Part shown: positions 28,264 through 36,714 of the stretch, in pieces
Layout of the letters: each line of letters opens with the position of its first letter
Position numbering within the stretch: position 1 is the first letter of the stretch
Assembly: GCA_018714785.1 (NCBI GenBank)
Contig: DVMV01000010.1
Coordinates: forward strand, 6,648 to 70,647
Length of the DNA: 64,000 nt
DNA from: Candidatus Alloenteromonas pullicola
Lineage (GTDB): Bacteria; Bacillota_I; Bacilli_A; RFN20; CAG-826
Direction of reading: 5' to 3'
The notes under the pieces: generated by a model
Told to the model about the DNA's origin: nothing
Database searches by the model: none
The model's input: only the letters and a program-made list of their open reading frames with translations
Position numbers and translations under genes: made by a program

Positions 28264-28641
28264 TTAGGCGCTCGGCAAGCTGCCGCTTCCCCCGGGCATA
28301 AGCGAAGCGCTCATCTGCTTCATATAATCCTCGTTTACAACCCCCACCAAGAACAGCAGCGAGAAAAGGCTGGAAAGCGAAGCCAAGGATATCAAAGATT
28401 GGGCGGGCGCCGGGTAATGGAGTATCGAGCGGAAGGTGGCGAGGTTGGCGTTCACCGCCTTCAGGCACTCCTCGTAGTCGAGGTCCGCCGTCTTGTTGGC
28501 GCGGACGAACCCATCGACGAGGCCGGCCAAGCCCGAAATGTACTCCGCTGAGGGGGCTTCCGAAGGCCGTCCAAGCTGATTCTTCACGATCTCCGCTTGG
28601 GCGTCGGATAGATATTTTCCGGTCATGAATTGGTCTTCCAT
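28264..28641 (-). CDS. Small protein, 125 aa, with one hydrophobic segment (operon gene A)
   Basis: The ORF has ATG at 28641, with an alternative ATG at 28626. It contains LISLASLSSLFSLLFLVGVV and a Gly/Ser tail. A -10-like hexamer lies 8 nt upstream. Confidence 0.5.
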   Translation of the reverse strand: MEDQFMTGKYLSDAQAEIVKNQLGRPSEAPSAEYISGLAGLVDGFVRANKTADLDYEECLKAVNANLATFRSILHYPAPAQSLISLASLSSLFSLLFLVGVVNEDYMKQMSASLMPGGSGSLPSA

Positions 28642-28649
28642 ATCTCAAT

Positions 28650-28677
28650 ATTTTATAGCACGCGGCGCTTATGGCAA
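28650..28677 (-). promoter_or_regulatory. Candidate promoter of the five-gene operon, possibly giving a leaderless transcript
   Basis: On the minus strand: TTGCCA (28677-28672), 16-nt spacer, TAAAAT (28655-28650), then only 8 nt to the ATG at 28641 with no SD. Confidence 0.3.
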
Positions 28678-28681
28678 GCGG

Positions 28682-29326
28682 TCAAGGAAGCCGCAGCCGG
28701 TTAAGGCAGTCGACTATCCCGGGGAAGTCGTTGGCGACATCGTCGGGGGCGACCGCCTTGCCGAATCCGTAGGCGGCGTGGATGAACGGGATCCCGGCCT
28801 TCCGGGCGCTCTCCTCATCCTTATGGGTATCGCCGATGTAGACGGCCTTCTCGATGCCATCCCGGTCCATCAGGGCCCGGATGGTGACGTCCTTGCTCTT
28901 CTTGGTGTCGTCGAAGCACATGTGGTCGAGGAAAGTGTTCGGCCCAACCAAAGGAAGGAAAGTCTCGATATAGCCGAACTGGCAATTGGAGACTATGTAC
29001 AGCCGATACCCGAGGCTTATCAGCTTCTGCAAGGTCGCTTCCTCATCCGGATAAAGCTTCCCCGGGTGTTGGAGGAGGTATTCGTCTTCCGCCTCGAAAA
29101 GCGCCTTCCCCACCGCCGCTTTGCGCTCGGAGCTCTCGCCGGGGAGTATCGAATCGACGATCTCGTCCATCGTCTTCCCCATCTGGGCCCGCGAATCGGC
29201 TTCGGTGAATCGGAACGACGGCGAGATGACCTTCCTTCCCTCAAGTTCCCAGCTCTCGGCGACTTCCTTGGCCGAGTCCCACAGGGTCCCATCGAGGTCG
29301 AATATGATGGCCGTTTGCTTTTCCAT
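28682..29326 (-). CDS. HAD-IA family hydrolase (phosphatase)
   Basis: Motif I AIIFDLDGTLWDS sits near the N-terminus when the ATG at 29326 is used. Motif IV region YIGDTHKDEESARKAGIPFI is present. The tracked TTG 29350 start would lie inside the upstream terminator. Confidence 0.8.
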   Translation of the reverse strand: MEKQTAIIFDLDGTLWDSAKEVAESWELEGRKVISPSFRFTEADSRAQMGKTMDEIVDSILPGESSERKAAVGKALFEAEDEYLLQHPGKLYPDEEATLQKLISLGYRLYIVSNCQFGYIETFLPLVGPNTFLDHMCFDDTKKSKDVTIRALMDRDGIEKAVYIGDTHKDEESARKAGIPFIHAAYGFGKAVAPDDVANDFPGIVDCLNRLRLP

Positions 29327-29354
29327 GGGTTGATTATAGATAAAATCCAAGGCC

Positions 29355-29380
29355 GCCGAAAGAAAAGGCCGCTTTAGCGG
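29355..29380 (-). terminator. Rho-independent terminator after the 29388-30062 membrane-protein gene
   Basis: On the minus strand: GGCCGC-taaa-GCGGCC followed by TTTTCTTTC. Confidence 0.5.
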
Positions 29381-29387
29381 CCAATTC

Positions 29388-30062
29388 TCATATGTCAGCC
29401 TCTAGCTGCGCCCCGGCGGGCTCGTAATCGGACCCGTGGTTGACCCAGGTTATCAATAAGAAGGCGAGCAGGAACGCCCTCGAGGTGGCGTAGCCGCACC
29501 AGAAGACGACGTCCCCCTGGTGGTTGAAGGCATCGAGGAGGTTGTAGTTGGACACCGAGATCGCGTACACGATCAAGGCGGCGAGGATGAAGACGACGAA
29601 GTAGGACAGCTTGCAGTCCCCGTCGAGCGTCTTCTTGAAATAGAGCACGGCGGAGGCGGCGACCAAGGCCGCGGCGACCACGCCGATGATCCCGGTGAGG
29701 ATGTCGTCGTTGACGACGAAGTTGAAGATCCCAAGCGCCAGCACATAACCGAATACCAGCGTCAAGACCAACATGGTCATGAAGACGTGGCTCGACTTCT
29801 TGCGCAACTGCATATCGAGGATCAGCAGGAACATCGCCACCACCAGCAGGGCGGCGAAGGCGATGGTCATGGCCGATTCGCCGGTGTGGAGATAGCCGTC
29901 GACCGGCTCACCCGGCTCCAGGTAATCGATTTGGTAGTTGTGGGCCGCCGGGTCCATGTAGGCCTGCGGCATGACGATCCAGACCGGCAAGGTCACGAGC
30001 ATCAGCACGAAGGCGCAGACGGACCGGAGGTCAATCCCCATTTTTTTGAAGAAACTGATCAT
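29388..30062 (-). CDS. Hypothetical polytopic membrane protein
   Basis: 224 aa with ~6 TM helices. It lies 2 nt downstream of the oppF-like gene and is probably the last gene of the opp operon. Confidence 0.6.
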   Translation of the reverse strand: MISFFKKMGIDLRSVCAFVLMLVTLPVWIVMPQAYMDPAAHNYQIDYLEPGEPVDGYLHTGESAMTIAFAALLVVAMFLLILDMQLRKKSSHVFMTMLVLTLVFGYVLALGIFNFVVNDDILTGIIGVVAAALVAASAVLYFKKTLDGDCKLSYFVVFILAALIVYAISVSNYNLLDAFNHQGDVVFWCGYATSRAFLLAFLLITWVNHGSDYEPAGAQLEADI

Positions 30063-30064
30063 CG

Positions 30065-31792
30065 TTAGTCCTCCTTGGCCTTCTCATCTAGCGCGGCGAT
30101 CTCTTCCCGATAGGCGGCCTCCTCCGCGTCGTTGCAGAGCACGAAATGGCCGGGAAGGATCTCGCGCCAAGAGGGCTTCTGCTGCGAATAATCGTGGGCT
30201 TCTGCGGGGTTATATACCTTCCGAACGCGGTTTTTCTCGGAAATCGGGTCGGGCTTCGGTATGGCCGATAGGAGCGCCTTGGTGTATGGATGGAGCGGGT
30301 GGCGGAACAGCTCATCGGAAGAGGCGAGCTCCACCATGTCGCCGAAGTACATGACGCCGATGCGGTCGCAGAAGTATTTGACGACCGAGAGGTCATGGGC
30401 GATGAACAGCATCGTGAGCCCCATCTCGTCCTTGATCTGGTTGAGCAGGTTGAGGACCTGGGCGCGGATGGAGACGTCGAGCGCCGAGATCGGCTCGTCG
30501 CAGATTAGCAGCTTCGGGTTCATGATGAGCGCCCTGGCGATGCCGATGCGCTGCCTTTGGCCGCCGGAGAACTCATGCGGATAGCGGGAGGCGTACTCGG
30601 GGATGAGGCCGACCTTCTTGAGGGCTTCCTCAACGGCGTGGCGGTTCTCCTCCTTGTTGTACTGCCCCTGGATATGCAATCCCTCGGTGATGATGTCCTC
30701 GACCGTCATGCGGGGGTCGAGGGAATCGATCGGGTCCTGGAAGATCATCTGGATCTCGTTGCGCAGCCTCCTGGAGGAGTGCTTGTTGTCGTAGCGAATC
30801 TGGCGGATCTTCTCGCGTTGGGTGGAGACTATCTCGTGGACCCGGTCCTTCTCGGCTTTGACGGCCGCCTCGTAGCGGTCCTTGAGCTCAGCGACCTTCT
30901 GCGTGTCGACGATGCCCCTCACCGCCTCACCGCGCTCGGCGGCGATGGCTTTGATCTCCTTCATCGCCTTCTGCTTGATGGCGAGCTTGTCGGCTTCGTT
31001 CTTGGAGTCGGCGAGGTCATCGCGGGTCTGCAGCCTCACCGATTTGACCTTGGCGTCGTATTCGGATTCGATGCGGCGAACCTCATCGCGGCGAAGCAGC
31101 TCGGAAAGGTCGGACCTATACCGTGCCTTGAGCCCCTTAAGATATGCCCTGGACCTAATCTTGGTCCACTTGATCTCCTTCTCGTTCCACCTCGAGCCGG
31201 CCGCGACGCGGTAGCCCTTGTAATAGATGGAGCCGGAAGTTAGGGGATAAAGGCCGATGACGCAGCGCCCGGTGGTGGTTTTGCCGCATCCGGACTCGCC
31301 GACCAATCCGAAGCATTCCCCTTCGTGGATGGAGAAGGAGATGCCGTGGACGGCCTTGGTCTTGTAGTCACCGGAGCGGAAGAACTCCTTGAGGTAGCGC
31401 ACGTCGAGGATGGTCTTGCTCTCGGGCAGGTTCGAATCGTAGGTGACGCCGAATAGGCTCAATGCGTATTGGGCGTTCTTCAGATTGGCGACAAGCTCAT
31501 CCTTGGTGCGCTTCAGCCCCTCGTCGAGCTCGACGCCTTTGTAGCGGGCATTGAACTCGCGCAGCTCGGATTTGGCCTTCTTGACGGCGTCCTTGAGCGG
31601 CTTCTTGCTCCGCTCGGCCTTGGCCTGCTCGAGCTCCTGCTGGAGCCTGGCCTTCTCGGCCTTATCCTCGTCGGTGAGGGTCTTCCCGATATGGGCAACC
31701 CAAAACTTCAGCTTGGCCTCAACGGCCTTGCGGTAAGCGCGGTTCATCTCGATGGCGCTTCTGGTTGGCAGGCTGAATTTCTCGTTGCTCAT
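30065..31792 (-). CDS. oppF: Oligopeptide ABC transporter ATP-binding protein (OppF-like), expanded
   Basis: 575 aa. Walker A GESGCGKTT, signature FSGGQRQR and Walker B LLICDEP are present. It also has a ~125-aa K/E-rich N-terminal extension and a ~150-aa charged insertion between Walker A and the IQMIFQDP (Q-loop) region. Confidence 0.85.
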   Translation of the reverse strand: MSNEKFSLPTRSAIEMNRAYRKAVEAKLKFWVAHIGKTLTDEDKAEKARLQQELEQAKAERSKKPLKDAVKKAKSELREFNARYKGVELDEGLKRTKDELVANLKNAQYALSLFGVTYDSNLPESKTILDVRYLKEFFRSGDYKTKAVHGISFSIHEGECFGLVGESGCGKTTTGRCVIGLYPLTSGSIYYKGYRVAAGSRWNEKEIKWTKIRSRAYLKGLKARYRSDLSELLRRDEVRRIESEYDAKVKSVRLQTRDDLADSKNEADKLAIKQKAMKEIKAIAAERGEAVRGIVDTQKVAELKDRYEAAVKAEKDRVHEIVSTQREKIRQIRYDNKHSSRRLRNEIQMIFQDPIDSLDPRMTVEDIITEGLHIQGQYNKEENRHAVEEALKKVGLIPEYASRYPHEFSGGQRQRIGIARALIMNPKLLICDEPISALDVSIRAQVLNLLNQIKDEMGLTMLFIAHDLSVVKYFCDRIGVMYFGDMVELASSDELFRHPLHPYTKALLSAIPKPDPISEKNRVRKVYNPAEAHDYSQQKPSWREILPGHFVLCNDAEEAAYREEIAALDEKAKED

Positions 31793-33330
31793 TGTTTGTT
31801 GACCCCCGCCTTCTTGAGGCTGTTCTGAATACGGGCGGAGACGATGCGGGGCATCTTGGTCTCCGGGGCGCGGCTATCTAGCAGCCAGGTGGCCGCATAA
31901 TGGGTCTTGGTTATCTCGAACATCGGCGGCTGGGCCTTGTAGTCGACTTCCATCGCGTATTTCGACCGGGGGGCGAAAGCGTCTCCCTTCGGCGGGAAGA
32001 GCATGTTCGGCGGAGTGCCGGGGATGGCCTCGAGCTTCTCCTTGGAGTCGATGTCGGGGATGGAGGAAAGAAGGGCCCAGGTGTAGGGATGGGCCGGCGA
32101 GTAGAAGACCTCCTTCGCGGTCCCGTACTCGACGATCTTGCCGGCGTACATGACGGCGACGCGGTCGGCCATGTTGGCGACGACGCCGAGGTCGTGGGTG
32201 ATGAAGATGACCGACATGTGGTGCTTGGCCTTGAGCTCGTTGATGAGCTCGAGGATCTGGGCCTGGATGGTGACGTCGAGGGCGGTGGTCGGCTCATCGC
32301 AGATCAAGACGTCGGGGTGGGCGGTGAGGGCGATGGCGATGACGATGCGCTGCCTCATGCCGCCGGAGAACTCGAAAGGATACTGGTTGAAGCGGCGGGC
32401 CGGTTCGGGGATGCCGACTTCCTCCATGATCTTAAGCGCCCTCTCCTTCGCTTCCTTGTGGGTCACGCGGAGGGTGGATATGTAGCGGCGATGCTCGGTG
32501 AGGAAGGCGTCGTAGCGCTCCTTCAAGCTCTTTCCGTATTCGCCTTGGCGGAGCGCCTTGAGGTTGGCCTTGTGCTCATCGCGCAGGGCTTTGCGCCTCT
32601 CGGCGACTTTCTTTTTCGCGTCCTTGGAGACCTTCTTGAATTCGCGCTTATCGGCGGCGATGACTCCCTTAAGGGAGCTGATCTTCTCCTCGTTTTCCTT
32701 CTTCAGGGCGGCGAGTTTCTCCGCAAAAGGGGCGTAATCGAAAGCGGAATTGGCCTTCTTGGCCTCTTTCTTCGCCTTCTTGGCCTCGGCCTCTATGTCC
32801 TCGACCGCATGCTTATAGGTGGTCTTGGCGATCTGAACGAGCCTCTGGTCGTTCTTGAACTTGATGAACTCATCGTTGACCAAGTCCTTGTAGAGGTTCT
32901 TCATATGGTCGCCGTTGATGATCATGACCTCGGTGATCTGCTTGCCGATCTTCATGATCGGGTTAAGCGAGGACAGCGGGTCCTGGAAGATCATGCCGAT
33001 CTTGGTGCCGCGGATGTTGTGGAACTCATCCTCGGAGACCTGGGTCAGGTCCTCGCCTTCGTATAGGATCGAGCCGGAGACGATGCGGGCGCTTTTGGGG
33101 AGAATGCCCATGATGGCCTTGTTGGTGACCGATTTGCCGGATCCGGACTCGCCGACGATGCAGAGGGTTTCCTCCTTGTAGAGGTCGAAGCTCACGCCGC
33201 GGACGGCGTGCACCATGCCCTCATCGGTCTTGAAGGAGACCGCGAGGTTGCGGACGGAAAGGACCTTCTCCTTCTTGGAGTCGTCGTCCCCCGTGGTGAA
33301 GGGGTAATCGATGGTCTTGTACTTATTCAT
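31789..33330 (-). CDS. oppD: Oligopeptide ABC transporter ATP-binding protein (OppD-like), expanded
   Basis: 513 aa. Walker A GESGSGKS, Q-loop MIFQDP, signature FSGGMRQR and Walker B VLICDEPTTALD are present. A ~160-aa K/E-rich insertion sits between the Q-loop and the signature. 4-nt overlap with oppF. Confidence 0.85.
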   Translation of the reverse strand: MNKYKTIDYPFTTGDDDSKKEKVLSVRNLAVSFKTDEGMVHAVRGVSFDLYKEETLCIVGESGSGKSVTNKAIMGILPKSARIVSGSILYEGEDLTQVSEDEFHNIRGTKIGMIFQDPLSSLNPIMKIGKQITEVMIINGDHMKNLYKDLVNDEFIKFKNDQRLVQIAKTTYKHAVEDIEAEAKKAKKEAKKANSAFDYAPFAEKLAALKKENEEKISSLKGVIAADKREFKKVSKDAKKKVAERRKALRDEHKANLKALRQGEYGKSLKERYDAFLTEHRRYISTLRVTHKEAKERALKIMEEVGIPEPARRFNQYPFEFSGGMRQRIVIAIALTAHPDVLICDEPTTALDVTIQAQILELINELKAKHHMSVIFITHDLGVVANMADRVAVMYAGKIVEYGTAKEVFYSPAHPYTWALLSSIPDIDSKEKLEAIPGTPPNMLFPPKGDAFAPRSKYAMEVDYKAQPPMFEITKTHYAATWLLDSRAPETKMPRIVSARIQNSLKKAGVNKQ

Positions 33331-33332
33331 GA

Positions 33333-35525
33333 TTAATCATCGGCTCCTTTCAAAGCGGGGTTGAAGGCATCGCGGAGGCCGTTGCCGAACAAATTGAAGC
33401 AGATCATGATGAGGGCCATGATGATCGAGGCGCTCACGATGAGGTAAGGATAGGTCTGCAGGTCGTTCTGGACGTTGGAAAGGGTGATGCCGAAGCTCTG
33501 CGCGCCGGCAAATGACAACGCGCTGGGCAATAGGTAGGAGATGTTGGCCTCGGTGAAGATGACGGAGGGGATCATCAGGATGGCGCTGGTGATGATTGGG
33601 CCGATGCCGTTGGGCAATATGTGCTTGAAGATCAAGCGGCCGTCGGAGGCGCCCAAGGTCCTTGAGGCCAAGACGTATTCTCGGCGTTTATAACGGTAGA
33701 ACTGCCGCCTGGTCTCGCCGGCGACGCCCATCCAGCCGGTTAAGCAAAGGGCGAGCAGGAACGTCCAGAAGTTCGATCCGAGCAACAAGACGATAAGGGT
33801 CATCATGACGATGAACGGCATGCCGCCTAGGATCTCCGAGAAGCGCTCCATGAGGAGGTCGACCCAGCCGCCGAAGTAGCCGGAGATCGCGCCCCAGATG
33901 AGGCCGACGAAGATGTTGATGGCGGCCGATAGGACGCCGAGGCCCAGCGAGGTCAGCAGGCCCGAGAAGACGAGCTTGAAGAAGTCCTTGCCGTTGCGGT
34001 CGGTGCCGAAGATGTACATCGGGTACTCGCACGAGCCGATGCGGCCCTGCATGTAGAGCTGGCGGTATAGCGAGTTGGTCCCGGTGACGGAGGTAACGAT
34101 GTAAAGCGGGCTGTCCGGGGATTCAAGCGGGTTGATGCGGACCGATATCTGCCCTATCGCCCTCATCGGGCAGTAGGTGTCGCCTTCTTCGGTCAGCACG
34201 AGGGTAACCTGATTGTAGGTGCCGGTTGTGCGTGGGAGGGTAACAGTGTCGGTGACGCCCCTTTGGTAGGCGGTCTTGGTGTTGCCGCTCTTGTCCACGT
34301 AGCTGATGGACTCAATCCAGCCGTTGCTGACGTAGGTATTGATGTCATTGGTGGTGAACTCCTGGCCGGTGATGTCGCCGAATACCGCCTTGTAGTAATC
34401 GTAGCGGAAAGTTCCGTAATAGACCTCGGAATGGTAGATGCCGAGGGTGGTGGCGCTTCCATAGCGGGTGTAGCGGTTGGTGGCCGAGGAGTTGGCGATG
34501 TTCGAATAGGCCGCGGTGGCGTTGTCGAAGGAAGCGGCGCTCACGCTGGAGAGCCCGCCGGTGGCGGTCGCGGTTTCTACATACAAGGAGTTGTAGCCGT
34601 CGACCAGGTTGTCGCTTCCGGCCATGATGATGGCTAACTGGCCGCTGAGGGTCGATTCGGAATAGCCCTCGAGGTATCCGCCGTCGCGGAGGATCGAGAC
34701 GACGTTGGTGGCGCTTAGCCCCGCGGTGTCGCCCTCGATCTCGGTGACCTCGGTCAGAGGTATCAGCTGATAGGGAGAGGCTTCCTCGACGGTCGCGTCT
34801 TCGCCCGTGCCGGCATCCTCGCCGCCCTCGCCGGTGGATGGCATAGGCAAAGCGTCGGTGTAGAAGCCGAGGAAGGCCTTAAGCGAGGAGTCCTCGACCT
34901 TGTTGTCCTTGACCGCGTCGGGGAGGAAGGTGATCTCGTAGTTGACCAGCGAATCGCTTAGGTCAAGGCTGACCTCGGGCGATAGGATGCCGCAGTCGGG
35001 GGCATCGTAGTGGCCGCTGGTATTGACTTCGGTGGCGTTGGTTATCTGAATCGCCCCGCCTTTGCCGTATTTGGAGACGGCGGTGTCGAAGGTATCCGAA
35101 TAGGCCTTGCGGGAGGTTATCTCGCCGATGATGGCGTAGGACTTGTAGTCTGAATCGGACGGCAGCTTGGTCGGGTCGGCCGGGTCGAGGACGACGTTGT
35201 CGACGGTCCCGGTGCCATCGAGGAAACCGCCGAGGTCGGCGTTGAACCACTTCGGGGGGAGGTAGCTGGCGGCGCCGTTGGGGGTATCGATGTCGTTTTG
35301 GTTGGCGACCGGCACGATGACGGCCATGGCGATTAGAACGAACAGTATCGCCCCGGCGACGACCGAGGAGCGGTTCTTGACGAAGCGCTTGAAAGCGTCC
35401 TTGAGGTAGGTGGTCGGCTTGGTCTCGAACTTCTGGTCGTGGATTGAGGCATCCTGATGCACGAAGGCGAAATCGGAGTCGGCAACCTCGGGGGTTTCGT
35501 TCTGGTTGAGTTTTTCTTTGTCCAT
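33333..35525 (-). CDS. oppC: Oligopeptide ABC transporter permease (OppC-like) with a giant extracytoplasmic insertion
   Basis: 730 aa. TM1 lies around residues 55-73. About 420 aa of non-hydrophobic sequence follow before the conserved IFGTDRNGKDFF motif and the usual 5-TM BPD-transporter core (EAA-like region RTLGASDGRLIFKHILPN). Confidence 0.8.
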   Translation of the reverse strand: MDKEKLNQNETPEVADSDFAFVHQDASIHDQKFETKPTTYLKDAFKRFVKNRSSVVAGAILFVLIAMAVIVPVANQNDIDTPNGAASYLPPKWFNADLGGFLDGTGTVDNVVLDPADPTKLPSDSDYKSYAIIGEITSRKAYSDTFDTAVSKYGKGGAIQITNATEVNTSGHYDAPDCGILSPEVSLDLSDSLVNYEITFLPDAVKDNKVEDSSLKAFLGFYTDALPMPSTGEGGEDAGTGEDATVEEASPYQLIPLTEVTEIEGDTAGLSATNVVSILRDGGYLEGYSESTLSGQLAIIMAGSDNLVDGYNSLYVETATATGGLSSVSAASFDNATAAYSNIANSSATNRYTRYGSATTLGIYHSEVYYGTFRYDYYKAVFGDITGQEFTTNDINTYVSNGWIESISYVDKSGNTKTAYQRGVTDTVTLPRTTGTYNQVTLVLTEEGDTYCPMRAIGQISVRINPLESPDSPLYIVTSVTGTNSLYRQLYMQGRIGSCEYPMYIFGTDRNGKDFFKLVFSGLLTSLGLGVLSAAINIFVGLIWGAISGYFGGWVDLLMERFSEILGGMPFIVMMTLIVLLLGSNFWTFLLALCLTGWMGVAGETRRQFYRYKRREYVLASRTLGASDGRLIFKHILPNGIGPIITSAILMIPSVIFTEANISYLLPSALSFAGAQSFGITLSNVQNDLQTYPYLIVSASIIMALIMICFNLFGNGLRDAFNPALKGADD

Positions 35526-35527
35526 AA

Positions 35528-36580
35528 TTACTTCTTAGCCCCCATTCTGATGCGCGGGTCGACGATGCCGTAGCTGAGGTCGATGACTAGGGTGGCGAAC
35601 AGGCCGATCAAGGTATAGACGGCCATATCGACCATGATCACTGGATAGTCTTTGCCGGTCAGGGCGGTGACGAATAGGCTTCCGATGCCGGGGATGCCGT
35701 AGATTTGCTCAAGGACCATCGAGCCCGAGAGGATGGAGATGAACTGGGCGATTATCATTGGGACGATCGGCACGAGGGAGTTGCGCAAAGCGTGCCGGGT
35801 GACCGATTGGGCCCTGGTGAGGCCTTTGGTCCTGGCGAGCAGCAAGAACTCGCTAGACATGACCTCGCAAAGCTCGGCGCGGGTATAGCGGGCGAAGGAG
35901 CAGATCGAGCCGAAGCTCAAAGACAGCACCGGGATGATATACGCCTCCACGGCCAATAGCGGGTCGGCGGCGGCGTTGGCCTGCGATGGCCAGCGGATCG
36001 GGAACCCGGGGATCTGCTTGAAGGCCAATAGCAGGAAGGAGATCAAGACGAACGACGGGACCGAGATGAAGATCATGATGATGGTCGAAATGGCGGCGTC
36101 GGTCGCGGTGTTCTTCTTCAAAGCGGCCCAGATGCCGAGCCCAAGGCCGAGCGGCACCGAGATGATGATCGAGATGATGTTGAGCTTCATCGAAGCCGGA
36201 AGCCTCATCATGATGATGGACATGGCGTTCTGGTTAAGGCCGACCGAGGTGGAACGCCCCCAATCCCAATGCAGGAACACGTTCTTTAGGAATACGTAGT
36301 AGCGATAAAGGATCGGATAAGGGGCAAAGTAGTAGTTCTGCCCATTGACCGTGACCATCTGCTCATATTTGCCGGCCGCGATCTGGTTGATGTCTTTGAC
36401 TTCGTAGTAGAAGCCAAGGGTGACCTGCTGCTGCCAGAAGCGGAATTCCTCGTTGAAATTCATCGCATTCGGCTCAAGCGGCAGGCACTGAAGCAAAATG
36501 TAGGTGATCGAGAGAATGATGAAAGCTGTCAAGAAAATGAACAGTATCCTCTCTATTACGTATTTGGTGCTTTCTTTCAT
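35528..36580 (-). CDS. oppB: Oligopeptide ABC transporter permease (OppB-like)
   Basis: 350 aa. N-terminus YVIERILFIFLTAFIILSITYILLQ and EAA-loop region LLARTKGLTRAQSVTRHALRNSLVPIV. Confidence 0.85.
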   Translation of the reverse strand: MKESTKYVIERILFIFLTAFIILSITYILLQCLPLEPNAMNFNEEFRFWQQQVTLGFYYEVKDINQIAAGKYEQMVTVNGQNYYFAPYPILYRYYVFLKNVFLHWDWGRSTSVGLNQNAMSIIMMRLPASMKLNIISIIISVPLGLGLGIWAALKKNTATDAAISTIIMIFISVPSFVLISFLLLAFKQIPGFPIRWPSQANAAADPLLAVEAYIIPVLSLSFGSICSFARYTRAELCEVMSSEFLLLARTKGLTRAQSVTRHALRNSLVPIVPMIIAQFISILSGSMVLEQIYGIPGIGSLFVTALTGKDYPVIMVDMAVYTLIGLFATLVIDLSYGIVDPRIRMGAKK

Positions 36581-36654
36581 TATTCTCTCTTTCTGCTTTG
36601 TAGCGGGTCGGGGTTACATTAACCCCTAAAGCGTTATTTATCAAGGCGGGCTAA

Positions 36655-36693
36655 GCAAGATAAGAGCCGCCCCCGCAGTTGGCGGGGACGGCC
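36655..36693 (-). terminator. Intra-operon hairpin or partial terminator between oppA and oppB
   Basis: On the minus strand: GCCGTCCCCGCC-aact-GCGGGGGCGGC strong hairpin followed by TCTTATCTT. It may act as an attenuator that raises the oppA:oppBCDF mRNA ratio. Confidence 0.45.
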
Positions 36694-36714
36694 CCAATCA
36701 AATTCACAATGAGC

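Noticed and set aside
25771-28641. WXG100 / LXG (type VII secretion) assignment for the small helical proteins and the 638-aa protein
   Set aside because: None of the small proteins contains a Trp-x-Gly motif. The only L-x-G near the N-terminus of the large protein (EQLAGSQ) is too weak to be meaningful, and no EssC/EsaA/EssB-like genes are in the window. It is kept only as an architectural analogy.
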